Of a DNA stretch of 64,000 nucleotides, positions 28,314 through 37,968 are shown in pieces. Each line of letters opens with the position of its first letter. Positions within the stretch are counted from its first letter, which is position 1. The position numbers and the translations under genes are program-made. The DNA comes from Christensenellales bacterium (lineage in GTDB: Bacteria > Bacillota > Clostridia > Christensenellales > CAG-917), in NCBI GenBank assembly GCA_045130665.1, contig JBGUQC010000004.1:206089-270088 (forward strand). Direction: 5' to 3'. Under the pieces are notes generated by a model. It was given only the letters and a program-made list of their open reading frames with translations. It did no database searches and was not told the origin of the DNA.

Positions 28314-28961
28314 TTAATTTAAAATGATTTTTGCAACATCACATGGCTTTTCAGCTATATATTTTGCACCATGTTCTTTAAATTCTTCTAAATTGCCGTA
28401 TCCCCATAATACAGCTATTGTATCAAGTCCACACTCACGTGCACCATCTATATCGTAACATCTATCCCCAACCATAATAACTTGAGATCTATCCGTTACT
28501 CCTAAATTATCTAAAACCCAGTTAATAACATCCTTCTTGCTCTCTCTACTCTTATCTGAAACAGCACCACCAATAAAGTCTAAATATGGAGATATTCCAT
28601 GGTAATCAAACATTAATTTAGCAAATTTCTCTGGTTTGGATGTTGCAGATGCAACAATTACACCGTTTTCTTTCAATGTTTTGAGCAAATCAATAATGCC
28701 TTCATATGGTTCACTCATCTTCCAGCCGTAATCATTGTATTTTTCTCTGTAACTTAGTATAAAATGCTCTGTTTCTTCTTCGCTTAAACCACAATAGAGG
28801 CGCATAGAAACACGAAAAGGTGGACCAATCATCTTGTTTAGATCTTCTGGATTGTACTTCACACCACTTTCGTCTAATGTTGTCTTTATAGACTTAATAA
28901 TGCCAGGAGCACTAGCAAGTAAACATCCATCTAAGTCAAATAAGGCAACTTTGTATTTCAT
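28314..28961 (-). CDS. HAD-superfamily hydrolase (phosphoglycolate phosphatase-like)
   Basis: Motif I LFDLDGCLL; motif IV VGDRCYDIDGA. Confidence 0.8.
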   Translation of the reverse strand: MKYKVALFDLDGCLLASAPGIIKSIKTTLDESGVKYNPEDLNKMIGPPFRVSMRLYCGLSEEETEHFILSYREKYNDYGWKMSEPYEGIIDLLKTLKENGVIVASATSKPEKFAKLMFDYHGISPYLDFIGGAVSDKSRESKKDVINWVLDNLGVTDRSQVIMVGDRCYDIDGARECGLDTIAVLWGYGNLEEFKEHGAKYIAEKPCDVAKIILN

Positions 28962-29836
28962 GCCATCACCTCATCTAAAACTTTTGGAATTAAATCAATA
29001 ATATCTGTTGGAAGAGATGAATATTCGTTAATATCACTAATCTCTGCTGCTCTACCTAAGATATAGCATCCAGCTTTTGCAGCATCTAATATATTCATGC
29101 CCCAAGCTAGTAGTCCACAAATGATTCCAGATAACACATCACCACTGCCACCCTTTGCAAGCCTTACATTTCCGGTTACATTTTTGTACACTTTTTCACC
29201 ATCTGAAATGTATGATACAGGACTTCCTTTAATTACAACAATTGCATTAACTTTTTTGGCATATTCTTTAGCAATATCTGCACTGTTTTCTTGAATGGTT
29301 TTTATATCAATACCACTGATCCTTTCCATCTCTTTTATGTGTGGTGTTAAAATGCATCTTCCGTTAAAGTTTTCTATGCCTTTTGTAGCATATAAACCAT
29401 CTGCATCTATAACTATGTTTTGTTTGCCACAATCTAGTATGTGCTTAACAATGCTTTCTGCATCACCTTGGCCCATTCCCATACCTATTGCAAAGGCTGT
29501 GCCTCTAACCATTAAACTATCTATTTGAGATGCATTATAAACAATTTGTCCATCCTTAGACGTTAAAGAAAATAGTGAGGAAAATTGAGTTAATCCGTAC
29601 AAATCGGCACTTAAAGTGTCTGGAACTGCAAGTACAGACGTTCCGCAACCACTTCTCATACTAGCCTTACCTAACGATACTAATACCTTATTTGATGCCA
29701 TACTGCTGAACTCTGGAGCACCTACATAATTCTTACTTCCGCCTATAATTACACTCTGTCCAAATGTGCCTTTATTGGACTTAATATTCCTTCTTGGGAA
29801 TAGTGATTTAATGGTGTTTAATGTGATTTCTTCCAT
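28958..29836 (-). CDS. nnrD: ADP-dependent NAD(P)H-hydrate dehydratase (YjeF C-terminal type)
   Basis: KGTFGQSVIIGGS and GGSGDVLSG motifs. The longest ORF starts at TTG 29887 inside recX; ATG 29836 chosen. Confidence 0.75.
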   Translation of the reverse strand: MEEITLNTIKSLFPRRNIKSNKGTFGQSVIIGGSKNYVGAPEFSSMASNKVLVSLGKASMRSGCGTSVLAVPDTLSADLYGLTQFSSLFSLTSKDGQIVYNASQIDSLMVRGTAFAIGMGMGQGDAESIVKHILDCGKQNIVIDADGLYATKGIENFNGRCILTPHIKEMERISGIDIKTIQENSADIAKEYAKKVNAIVVIKGSPVSYISDGEKVYKNVTGNVRLAKGGSGDVLSGIICGLLAWGMNILDAAKAGCYILGRAAEISDINEYSSLPTDIIDLIPKVLDEVMA

Positions 29837-29844
29837 AAAAATTA

Positions 29845-30372
29845 TTACTTGTGAATGGTGCTTAAAACTGCAGTAATTGTGTCCCAATTATACCCTTTTT
29901 GATATAAGTGTTGACCTACTTTTGCTTTTCCTTCTGCATCTAAAACTAAGTGCTTTTTCTCTAGATATTTTACAGCGTATTCTCTGCACTTATCTTTCTC
30001 TAAATTGCTATCAAAAAACTCACTTAATGCCTTGTAAACCAACTTCTCGTTAACCCTCTTTTCATTGATAAGCTTATACTCTATTTTCTTCTTCCCCACT
30101 TTCTTGCTCTTAACCTCAATATATAGCCTGCAATAGTCATAATCGTCTATGTAACCATAGTACTTCATCTTCTCTATTACTTGCTCTATCTCAGTTTTGT
30201 GGAATCCTTTTTCGTATAACTTCTCTCTTACTTGATATTCGGTCTTTGGAGATTTTAAAAATTTCGCGGCAGTATCAAAGGCAAGGCGATATTCCTTCGC
30301 CTCACCTTCAATTGTGTCTACTAATATTTCAGATTTTGTCTGGTTTGTTAAAATATCGTCAATGTCTTTCAT
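29845..30372 (-). CDS. recX: Regulatory protein RecX
   Basis: Three-helix repeats (YQVREKLYEKGF, IEYKLINEKRV, VGQHLYQKGY). ATG 30372 overlaps the ilvE stop (TAATG). Confidence 0.7.
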   Translation of the reverse strand: MKDIDDILTNQTKSEILVDTIEGEAKEYRLAFDTAAKFLKSPKTEYQVREKLYEKGFHKTEIEQVIEKMKYYGYIDDYDYCRLYIEVKSKKVGKKKIEYKLINEKRVNEKLVYKALSEFFDSNLEKDKCREYAVKYLEKKHLVLDAEGKAKVGQHLYQKGYNWDTITAVLSTIHK

Positions 30373-31433
30373 TAATTGACATGATAAACCCAACCAAATG
30401 GATCTGGTAAACGTTGTGTTTGGATACCGGTAATCTCATCATATAACATTTCTGTTATCTTACCCATCTTTCCACCGTTGATTTCCATTGTTACATTTTT
30501 ATATGTAATTGTTCCAACTGGTGAAATAACAGCTGCTGTACCTGTTCCAAATGCCTCGTCTAATTTGCCATTGTTGTATGCTGAAACGATTTCTGCAATT
30601 GGTACAACTCTCTCTTCAACCTTGATTCCCTTCTTCTTGAGAACTTGGATAGCTGAATCTCTTGTAATTCCTCTTAAAATAGAACCGTCTAATTCTGCTG
30701 TAACAACAACACCGTCAATTACAAAGAACATGTTCATTGAACCAACTTCTGTAACATTAGACTTTGTCTCACCGTCTAACCATAAAACTTGGTCATATCC
30801 TTTCTCGTGTGCAACTTCTCCAGCAAGTAATGAACATGCATAGTTACCCATACACTTTGCTTCACCTGTTCCACCTTGGGATGCTCTTGTGTAAACATCT
30901 TCAACAATCAACTTTGTTGGTTGTAAACCGTGCTCATAATAACTTCCAACTGGTGAAAGAATAATAGCAAATAAGAATTTCTTGGATGGGTGAACACCTA
31001 AGAAAGCTTCGCTTCCGAACATAAATGGACGGATATATAATGATGTGCCTGGTGCTGTTGGAATCCAGTCTTTCTCTAATTCAACAAGCTCAGATAATGC
31101 TTTAAGAACTACATCAATGTCAACTTTTGCCATGCAAAGTCTTTCTGCACTTCTGTTCATTCTAATGAAATTGTCTCTTGGACGGAACATTGTGATCTTG
31201 CCATCTGCATTCTTGTATGCTTTTAAGCCTTCGAAAATGCCTTGTCCATAATGGAGAGAACAACATGCTGGAGAAATCTTGAAATCGTCAAATGGTATGA
31301 TTTCTGGTTCATCCCAGCCACCTTTAGATGCGTCATATTCCATAACTAACATATGATCTGTGAAATATTTTCCAAATCCTAGTTTGCTGAAATCTGGCTT
31401 TTGCTTTCTTTCTTTTACTAAAGTAACTTTCAT
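30372..31433 (-). CDS. ilvE: Branched-chain amino acid aminotransferase
   Basis: 353 aa, class IV aminotransferase pattern (EGLKAYK, GTGEAK, GITRDS). Confidence 0.9.
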   Translation of the reverse strand: MKVTLVKERKQKPDFSKLGFGKYFTDHMLVMEYDASKGGWDEPEIIPFDDFKISPACCSLHYGQGIFEGLKAYKNADGKITMFRPRDNFIRMNRSAERLCMAKVDIDVVLKALSELVELEKDWIPTAPGTSLYIRPFMFGSEAFLGVHPSKKFLFAIILSPVGSYYEHGLQPTKLIVEDVYTRASQGGTGEAKCMGNYACSLLAGEVAHEKGYDQVLWLDGETKSNVTEVGSMNMFFVIDGVVVTAELDGSILRGITRDSAIQVLKKKGIKVEERVVPIAEIVSAYNNGKLDEAFGTGTAAVISPVGTITYKNVTMEINGGKMGKITEMLYDEITGIQTQRLPDPFGWVYHVN

Positions 31434-31434
31434 T

Positions 31435-32067
31435 TTATATCTCCTTTGAAGGTATTATTACATAACCTTCACTTTGTTTTTTAATTTCTGCTTTTCCTTT
31501 TGTGCATTCAGTTATGTTATTAACAAAACTGTCTGTATCTTTTTCGCTAATTGCAAATGTAGATGTTACTAAATCTTCGTATTTAGACTCTACCTTCACA
31601 TAACCTAGTTTTTGTGCCATATTCTCAACCAAAGCATTGTCTGGATAAGAACATGTGACTTCATAGAAAAGTCTCTTAACTTTTTGTGCAATATCAGAAA
31701 CTCTTAATCCCTCAATTGCTGCATCTTTGTATGCTGTTAATAATCCACTTGCCCCAAGTAGTATTCCGCCAAAGTATCTTGTAACAACACATACGCTTTG
31801 CTTTATACCCTTGTTCTTTAATACCTCGTATATTGGTATTCCTGCTGTGCCTTGTGGTTCACCATCATCTGAATACCTAAAGGTATTATCGTCAATTATG
31901 TATGCATAACAATTATGCCTTGCATCTGGAAATTCCTTCTTTATCTTTGAAACAAATTCCTCTGCTTCATCTTTATTAACATTTCCTTTAATAGAACAAA
32001 TGAACCTGGATTTCTTTACAGTTATCTCGCTTCTAAATGTTCCGTTAACTATGTTAATATCACTCAT
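31435..32067 (-). CDS. YigZ/IMPACT family protein
   Basis: NCYAYI...SDDGEPQGTAGIPI is typical of UPF0029. Confidence 0.8.
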   Translation of the reverse strand: MSDINIVNGTFRSEITVKKSRFICSIKGNVNKDEAEEFVSKIKKEFPDARHNCYAYIIDDNTFRYSDDGEPQGTAGIPIYEVLKNKGIKQSVCVVTRYFGGILLGASGLLTAYKDAAIEGLRVSDIAQKVKRLFYEVTCSYPDNALVENMAQKLGYVKVESKYEDLVTSTFAISEKDTDSFVNNITECTKGKAEIKKQSEGYVIIPSKEI

Positions 32068-33284
32068 TATAAGGTTATCTTCCAGAAATTCTTCTTTCCT
32101 TTTTGAAGTACAAATCCGTTTGCTAGTTGTGAATCTGTAAGTTGAGCATTGATATCATTGATCTTTTCTCCATCTACAGAAATACCGCCACCTTGGATAA
32201 GTCTTCTTGCTTCACCTTTACTTGGTGCTGCTTTAATGTACACTAAAACGTCTACAACGCTCTTTATATCCGCACTAATCGTTGCTGTTGGCATATTCTC
32301 TGAATCTCCACCGAATGCAGCATGTGCCTTCTTAAGTGCGATTTCAGCCTCATCTTTGCCGTGTACAAGAGCTGTTAGCTCATAAGCTAACCTTTCTTTT
32401 GCAGCATTCATTCTTTCGTCTCTGTATTTTGTGAGCTCAAGAATCTCGTCTACAGGTAAGAATGTTAAGAATCTGAATACTTTCTCTACATCTGCATCAT
32501 CAATGTTTCTCCAGTATTGGAAGAAATCATATGGAGCTGTCTTGTTTGGATCAAGCCATACAGCACCTTTTGCTGTTTTACCCATCTTAATGCCTTCAGA
32601 TGTTGTAAGAAGTGCAAATGTAATTGCAAAAGCAGCCTTTTGCTCCTTTCTTCTAATTAAATCTGCACCAGATAACATGTTAGACCATTGGTCATCACCA
32701 CCACATTGAAGAACACAACCATACTTTCTGTTTAATACTAAAAAGTCATAAGATTGCATTAACATGTAGTTGAATTCTAAGAATGTTAAGCCCTTTTCTA
32801 ATCTTTGCTTGTAACATTCTGCGGTTAACATCTTGTTTACACTAAAATGTGCACCGACTTCCCTAAGGAAGTCTATATAGTTCAAATCTAATAACCAATC
32901 TGCATTATTTACTAAGATTGCTGCATTCTCGCCATCAAATCTAACGAATCTAGACATTTGCTTTTTGAAACACTCAACATTGTGTGCAATTGTCTCTTTT
33001 GTCATCATTGTTCTCATATCGGTTCTTCCACTTGGATCTCCAATCATTGCAGTACCACCACCAATTAAGATAATTGGACGATGACCAGCATCTTGAAGTC
33101 TCTTTGCAACGATCATTTGCATGAAGTGTCCTACATGAAGTGAATCTGCTGTTGGATCAAAACCAATATAAAAGGATTGTGGACCAGAATCTAACATTGC
33201 CTTTAAATCGTCTTCAAATACAACTTGCTTTACAATGCCACGCTCTTTAAGCTCATCTAAAATCCCTTTTTTAACTTCTGCCAT
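32067..33284 (-). CDS. tyrS: Tyrosine-tRNA ligase
   Basis: HIGH-type DSLHVGH, KMSKS-type KMGKT, C-terminal S4 domain. Confidence 0.95.
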   Translation of the reverse strand: MAEVKKGILDELKERGIVKQVVFEDDLKAMLDSGPQSFYIGFDPTADSLHVGHFMQMIVAKRLQDAGHRPIILIGGGTAMIGDPSGRTDMRTMMTKETIAHNVECFKKQMSRFVRFDGENAAILVNNADWLLDLNYIDFLREVGAHFSVNKMLTAECYKQRLEKGLTFLEFNYMLMQSYDFLVLNRKYGCVLQCGGDDQWSNMLSGADLIRRKEQKAAFAITFALLTTSEGIKMGKTAKGAVWLDPNKTAPYDFFQYWRNIDDADVEKVFRFLTFLPVDEILELTKYRDERMNAAKERLAYELTALVHGKDEAEIALKKAHAAFGGDSENMPTATISADIKSVVDVLVYIKAAPSKGEARRLIQGGGISVDGEKINDINAQLTDSQLANGFVLQKGKKNFWKITL

Positions 33285-33552
33285 TTTTTACCTCGTATGT
33301 ATAAAAATTAATTTAGCATAATTCTAGCACTAACTTTGTTTAGTGTCTAGAAAAAATTACAATTATAAAAACATCCCAAAAATCATAGAATTATTATTCT
33401 ATTTGCATATCATGTTAAATCACACAATATTTTTGATTTTTCAAATAAATTTTTAATGTTTCACTTAACTTTTCAAGTATTTATTCAATTTTGCTAAAAA
33501 TTGTTTCACACCGTATCTTTTCAAAAATTAAACTTAAAAATTTAATTTTTTA

Positions 33553-33581
33553 TTGAGTTTTAAACTGCGTTTTGGTAGAAT
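33553..33581 (+). promoter_or_regulatory. Promoter TTGAGT-17-(TGg)TAGAAT with extended -10
   Basis: Read directly, about 45 nt upstream of ATG 33626; SD GGAGGA follows. Confidence 0.5.
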
Positions 33582-33625
33582 ATATCTAACATTTTAAAAA
33601 TTAATCACAAAAATGGAGGAATTTT

Positions 33626-34318
33626 ATGCAATATTCAAGCGAAGTTCAAAAAATGTGTTGTGTTGCACAAGGCTGTAATCATGGTCCTTCTCCAATTCCA
33701 GAAGAAGGTAAATGGATACAAGCACGTGAAATTAAGGATATTTCTGGTTTCACTCATGGTGTTGGTTGGTGTGCTCCACAACAAGGTGCATGTAAATTAT
33801 CACTCAATATTAAGAATGGTGTAATAGTTGAAGCACTTGTCGAAACAATAGGTTGTTCAGGTATGACACAATCTGCAGCTATGGCTGGAGAAATTTTACC
33901 AGGCAAAACAGTTCTCGAGGCATTAAACACAGACTTAGTCTGTGATGCTATCAATACAGCTATGAGAGAATTGTTCTTACAAATCGCTTACGGCCGTTCA
34001 CAATCCGCTTTCTCAGATGATGGATTAGTTGTTGGCGCAGGCCTTGAAGACCTTGGTAAAGGATTAAGAAGCCAAATTGGTACTATTTATTCAACATTAG
34101 AAAAAGGACCACGTTACTTAGATATAGCTGAAGGTTATGTTCAAAAGCTCGCCTTAGATGAAAATAATGAAATCATTGGTTACGAATTCTGCAAACTCGG
34201 TGTCATGATGGATTTAATCAACAAAGGCATGGATCCAGCAGAAGCATACAAAAAATGCGTTGGAACATATGGTAGATATGCAGACGGTGTCAAGTATATC
34301 AACCCAAGACATGAATAA
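33626..34318 (+). CDS. Cys-rich IscU/NifU-N-like scaffold-domain protein with ~110-aa C-terminal extension
   Basis: GWCAPQQGACK ... IGCSGMTQSAAMAGE ... GKTVLEAL parallels the IscU pattern GAPACGD / GCGSAIASSS / GKTVEEAL. There is an extra N-terminal CCVAQGC. Confidence 0.6.
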   Translation: MQYSSEVQKMCCVAQGCNHGPSPIPEEGKWIQAREIKDISGFTHGVGWCAPQQGACKLSLNIKNGVIVEALVETIGCSGMTQSAAMAGEILPGKTVLEALNTDLVCDAINTAMRELFLQIAYGRSQSAFSDDGLVVGAGLEDLGKGLRSQIGTIYSTLEKGPRYLDIAEGYVQKLALDENNEIIGYEFCKLGVMMDLINKGMDPAEAYKKCVGTYGRYADGVKYINPRHE

Positions 34319-34334
34319 TTAGGAGGGTTTAATT

Positions 34335-35339
34335 ATGGCAGTCACATTTGAAGGATATGAAAGAAGAATAGACAAGATCAATAAGACCCTTGCTGAATAT
34401 GGCATTAAGGATATTGAAGAAGCAAGACAAATCTGCTTAGATAAAGGCATTAATGTTGAAGAAATCGTTAAAGGTGTTCAACCAATTGCTTTTGAAAACG
34501 CTGTATGGGCATACACTGTAGGAACAGCTATTGCTATTAAAACTAATAGCAAAGAAGCATATAAAGCTGCAGAAATGATCGGTATCGGCTTACAAAGCTT
34601 CTGTATTCCAGGATCAGTTGCAGAAAACAGAAAAGTTGGTTTAGGACATGGTAACCTCGCTGCAAAATTATTAAATGAAGATACAAAATGTTTCTGTTTC
34701 TTAGCAGGACATGAATCATTTGCAGCTGCTGAAGGTGCAATTGGTATTGCAAAGAACGCAAACAAAGTTCGTAAAGTACCACTTCAAGTTATCTTAAACG
34801 GTTTAGGAAAAGATGCAGCTTACATCATTTCACGTATTAATGGCTTCACTTATGTACAAACATCATATAATCAATATACAGATGAATTAACTATCGTAAA
34901 AGAAACTCCATACTCAACTGGCGAAAGATCAAAAGTTAGAGTTTATGGTGCATACGATGTAAACGAAGGTGTTGCAATCATGAGAAAAGAAAATGTTGAC
35001 GTTTCTATCACAGGTAACTCAACAAACCCAACAAGATTCCAACATCCAGTTGCAGGTACATATAAGAAATGGTGCGAAGAAAATGGTAAGAAATACTTCT
35101 CAGTAGCATCTGGTGGCGGTACAGGAAGAACATTACATCCAGATAATATGGCAGCAGGTCCTGCTTCATATGGCTTCACAGATACTTTAGGAAGAATGCA
35201 TTCAGATGCACAATTTGCAGGTTCCTCATCTGTTCCAGCACACGTAGAAATGATGGGCTTAATCGGTATGGGAAATAACCCAATGGTTGGCGCTTCAGTA
35301 TCATGTGCTGTTGCAGTTTCTGTAGCATTAAATAAATAA
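34335..35339 (+). CDS. 'GGGtGRT' family protein, function unknown
   Basis: Contains SGGGTGRTLHPDN, plus conserved-looking GHESFAAAEG and GSSSVPAHVEMMG. SD AGGAGGG. Confidence 0.65.
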   Translation: MAVTFEGYERRIDKINKTLAEYGIKDIEEARQICLDKGINVEEIVKGVQPIAFENAVWAYTVGTAIAIKTNSKEAYKAAEMIGIGLQSFCIPGSVAENRKVGLGHGNLAAKLLNEDTKCFCFLAGHESFAAAEGAIGIAKNANKVRKVPLQVILNGLGKDAAYIISRINGFTYVQTSYNQYTDELTIVKETPYSTGERSKVRVYGAYDVNEGVAIMRKENVDVSITGNSTNPTRFQHPVAGTYKKWCEENGKKYFSVASGGGTGRTLHPDNMAAGPASYGFTDTLGRMHSDAQFAGSSSVPAHVEMMGLIGMGNNPMVGASVSCAVAVSVALNK

Positions 35340-35361
35340 TTTAACGAAAAGTTTAATATTA

Positions 35362-35389
35362 GGTCCCGCATGAATTTGCGGGATCTTTT
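35362..35389 (+). terminator. Rho-independent terminator of the two-gene cassette
   Basis: GGTCCCGCAtgaattTGCGGGATC + TTTTA. Confidence 0.7.
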
Positions 35390-35398
35390 ATTATAAAT

Positions 35399-35424
35399 AA
35401 AAAAGGCGAGAAAATAATCTCGCC
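35399..35424 (-). terminator. Rho-independent terminator of the coiled-coil protein gene
   Basis: Minus strand: GGCGAGAttatttTCTCGCC + TTTT. Confidence 0.65.
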
Positions 35425-35454
35425 AATTTCATATATAATATCCTCTCAAAAATA

Positions 35455-37305
35455 TTATTGTTCTCTTGAAATATCTGTTAAAGCAAAGTCTTTAACCTTT
35501 CTTAATCCGTTGGTTGCCTCAGCTTTTGTCTCACAAATTGGACCATCAAAAGTTCTTGGACCAACTTTCATTCTCCAGAAGAATCCACCTTCATCACTTT
35601 CTTCAATTGAAGATTGTCCAGATACAGATGCTTTCTTAAATCTGTTAATATCAGATTTTGCACTTGCATCAGATGAATAGTTGAAACTTTCATATAATGA
35701 ATTACCCTTGCTATCATATAATGTGAAGTAATATTTACCTGCAGAATTCTCTGTTACATATTTACCATAAATCATGGATTCATCCATACCATCGCCATCA
35801 TATGGTTTTGGTGATGCTCTGAATGACTTTGGATCTTCAGATAATGGCATTGATGCTAATCTTGCGGCTTTCTTTTCTTCAACTGCTGCTTTTCTATTAT
35901 CTAAATCTTGCTTCTTAGCAATAGCAATTTCATTCTTTTCTTTAATAGTAGCATTTCTTTGAGCTCTTTCTGCTCTTGCTTGTTCAAGAGCAATTCTCTC
36001 TTGCTCAGCCTTTTCTGCCTCAGCTGCTTTTTGTGCTTCTTCTGCGGCTTTTTGTGCTTCTTCTGCAGCAATTCTTTCTTGCTCTGCTTTCTCTTCAGCT
36101 TCCTTTGCAAGTCTTTCAGCCTCTAATCTCTCTTGTTCAGCTTTTTCAGCTTCTAAACGGGCCTTTTCAGCTTCTTCAGCTGCGATACGCTCTTTTTCTG
36201 CTGCTTCTGCAGCTAATCTTTCAGCTTCAGCTCTTTCTGCTTCCTCAGCCTCTTTAGCGAGTCTTTCTGCCTCAATCCTTTCTTGCTCTGCTTTTTCTGC
36301 AGCTTCTTTTGCTTCTTGTTCAGCTTTTAATCTTTCTGCTTCTGCGGCTTGTGCAGCTGCAGCTTCTCTTTCTGCTGCTATTCTTTCTTGTTCTGCTAAT
36401 TTTCCTGCTTCAGCTGCTGCGGCTGCTTCTTCTGCTAATCTTTGAGCTTCAGTTGCTTGTCTTTCTGCTTCTTCTTGCTTTGCTTTTTCTTCTGCTGCTT
36501 TTGCTTCAGCTGCTGCAGCTTCTGCTGCAAGTCTCTCTTGTTCAGCCTTTTCTGCCTCCTCTTCAGCCTTTCTTCTTTCTTCTTCTAATCTCTTTTGCTC
36601 AGCTTCCCTTGCAATTTGATTCTTCTTTCTGATTTCTTCAGCCTCTCTCTTCTTTTCGTCTTCGGCTTCTTTAATCTTGGCTTGCATTTCTTCTTCGTTT
36701 CTTTCGCCTTCGTAATAGCAGCCATCTACTTCATCATAGTAATATCCATCGTATTCACCAGAATAATTATCCCAGTTTGCTACGAATACTACTGTGCTTG
36801 GATCAATTTCTTCTTCCTCACCAACTACTGATGGTGGAACGTCAGGTGCATTTTCATCTTGAGGTTTATTATCTTCTTCAACTGTTTCTTCTTGAGGGAC
36901 TTCTTCTGAAACAGGCTCTTCAGCAGGTTGTTCTTCAGCAACCGCTTCTTCTTGTGATTCTTCTTGAACTGGTTCTTCATCTACTTCTGCTTCAATGAAT
37001 TCTTCGTTGTCATTGTGTTCTGCAACAACAACACCTTCAGCTATTTCATCATCGTCAATAATTTCAGCTTCATAGATAATCTCGTCTTCAGTTTCTGCTT
37101 CTTCTGGCTCTGGTAATAACTTTCCAGTCTTTGGATCACGTTTGTCATAAATTGGTTTAATTGGCTTGTCTGTCTTGCTCTTTCCAATAGCAACAAAGAT
37201 CATAATAACAGCAAAAATAATAGCTAATGCTCCAGCTGCTAAACCAATTAACATTGGCATTGATAATTCGAAACCTAATAATGTAATTGCACTGATGTTT
37301 CCCAT
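35455..37305 (-). CDS. Membrane-anchored protein: N-terminal TM, acidic linker, ~280-aa E/A/K/R helix, two C-terminal YegP (DUF1508)-like units
   Basis: TM LIGLAAGALAIIFAVIMIFVAIG; repeats AEQERLEAERLAKEAEE; C-terminal GKYYFTLYDSKGNSLYES..DINRFKK and GGFFWRMKVGPRTF..GLRKVKD. Confidence 0.7.
   Translation of the reverse strand: MGNISAITLLGFELSMPMLIGLAAGALAIIFAVIMIFVAIGKSKTDKPIKPIYDKRDPKTGKLLPEPEEAETEDEIIYEAEIIDDDEIAEGVVVAEHNDNEEFIEAEVDEEPVQEESQEEAVAEEQPAEEPVSEEVPQEETVEEDNKPQDENAPDVPPSVVGEEEEIDPSTVVFVANWDNYSGEYDGYYYDEVDGCYYEGERNEEEMQAKIKEAEDEKKREAEEIRKKNQIAREAEQKRLEEERRKAEEEAEKAEQERLAAEAAAAEAKAAEEKAKQEEAERQATEAQRLAEEAAAAAEAGKLAEQERIAAEREAAAAQAAEAERLKAEQEAKEAAEKAEQERIEAERLAKEAEEAERAEAERLAAEAAEKERIAAEEAEKARLEAEKAEQERLEAERLAKEAEEKAEQERIAAEEAQKAAEEAQKAAEAEKAEQERIALEQARAERAQRNATIKEKNEIAIAKKQDLDNRKAAVEEKKAARLASMPLSEDPKSFRASPKPYDGDGMDESMIYGKYVTENSAGKYYFTLYDSKGNSLYESFNYSSDASAKSDINRFKKASVSGQSSIEESDEGGFFWRMKVGPRTFDGPICETKAEATNGLRKVKDFALTDISREQ
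35857..36699 (-). repeat. Low-complexity GAA/GCT/AAA-rich coding repeats (E/A/K/R helix)
   Basis: aa ~203-483; produces Leu-rich shadow ORFs on the plus strand. Confidence 0.8.
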
Positions 37306-37551
37306 TTTTTATTCCCTCATTCTTAAGTAAAAAATGCATACGCGTGTAAACATAATACACACTTATATAAAATCTTAACACACGCACGACTAACTTTCAA
37401 TAAATTTTTATAAGTTTTTTATAAAAATATGCGAGCACATATATGCCTATAATAATGTCTGTTTTATATGTCATTTTCAAAACGAAACGACACTTTATCT
37501 ATTAAAAATGATACTTAAAGTCCATTTTTCATATAATTTTTGAAACATTAT

Positions 37552-37584
37552 ATAAAAAGAATATTGGGCTTTTACACCCAATAC
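37552..37584 (-). terminator. Terminator after the DUF1667 operon
   Basis: Minus strand: TATTGGGtgtaaaagCCCAATA + TTCTTTTT. Confidence 0.55.
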
Positions 37585-37613
37585 TCTACTAAAAATTTTT
37601 AACTGAATATTGT

Positions 37614-37967
37614 CTATATTGAGTCTCTTGTTGCTATTACATCTACACCTAATCCTAAAATGTTAGGAACAATAACATCGCCAATCTTTGTATTATTAGA
37701 TGCTGTAACATTGCTAATGGCCTTAACTACATCAAAGATCTTATCCTTTGGTATTGGGCCAGATGTCTTAACTGGTTGTGCTGTGCCGTTCTCGGATAAT
37801 ACTACGGATGTCACTACTCTCATAGGGTTAACATACTCTTGTTCACCGTATTTCTTGCCTCTTAGACATGTATATCCTTTAACTACAACTTCACCATTGA
37901 TTTCCTCAATAGTTAATGGACAACCCATAGGACAATTAATACATATTGTTTCAAGCTTACCTTTCAT
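37614..37967 (-). CDS. DUF1667 domain protein
   Basis: CINCPMGCPL...GYTCLRGKKYG; third gene of the usual oxidoreductase trio. Confidence 0.75.
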   Translation of the reverse strand: MKGKLETICINCPMGCPLTIEEINGEVVVKGYTCLRGKKYGEQEYVNPMRVVTSVVLSENGTAQPVKTSGPIPKDKIFDVVKAISNVTASNNTKIGDVIVPNILGLGVDVIATRDSI

Positions 37968-37968
37968 A

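Noticed and set aside
33285-33625. Expected T-box riboswitch upstream of tyrS
   Set aside because: No T-box consensus, specifier-loop architecture or terminator was found on the minus strand. The region is almost pure AT apart from one hairpin.
35908-36998. Cluster of Leu-rich plus-strand ORFs (72-107 aa)
   Set aside because: These are antisense translation of the GAA/GCT-rich repeat of the 616-aa helix protein. They are pure low complexity with no starts or SDs.
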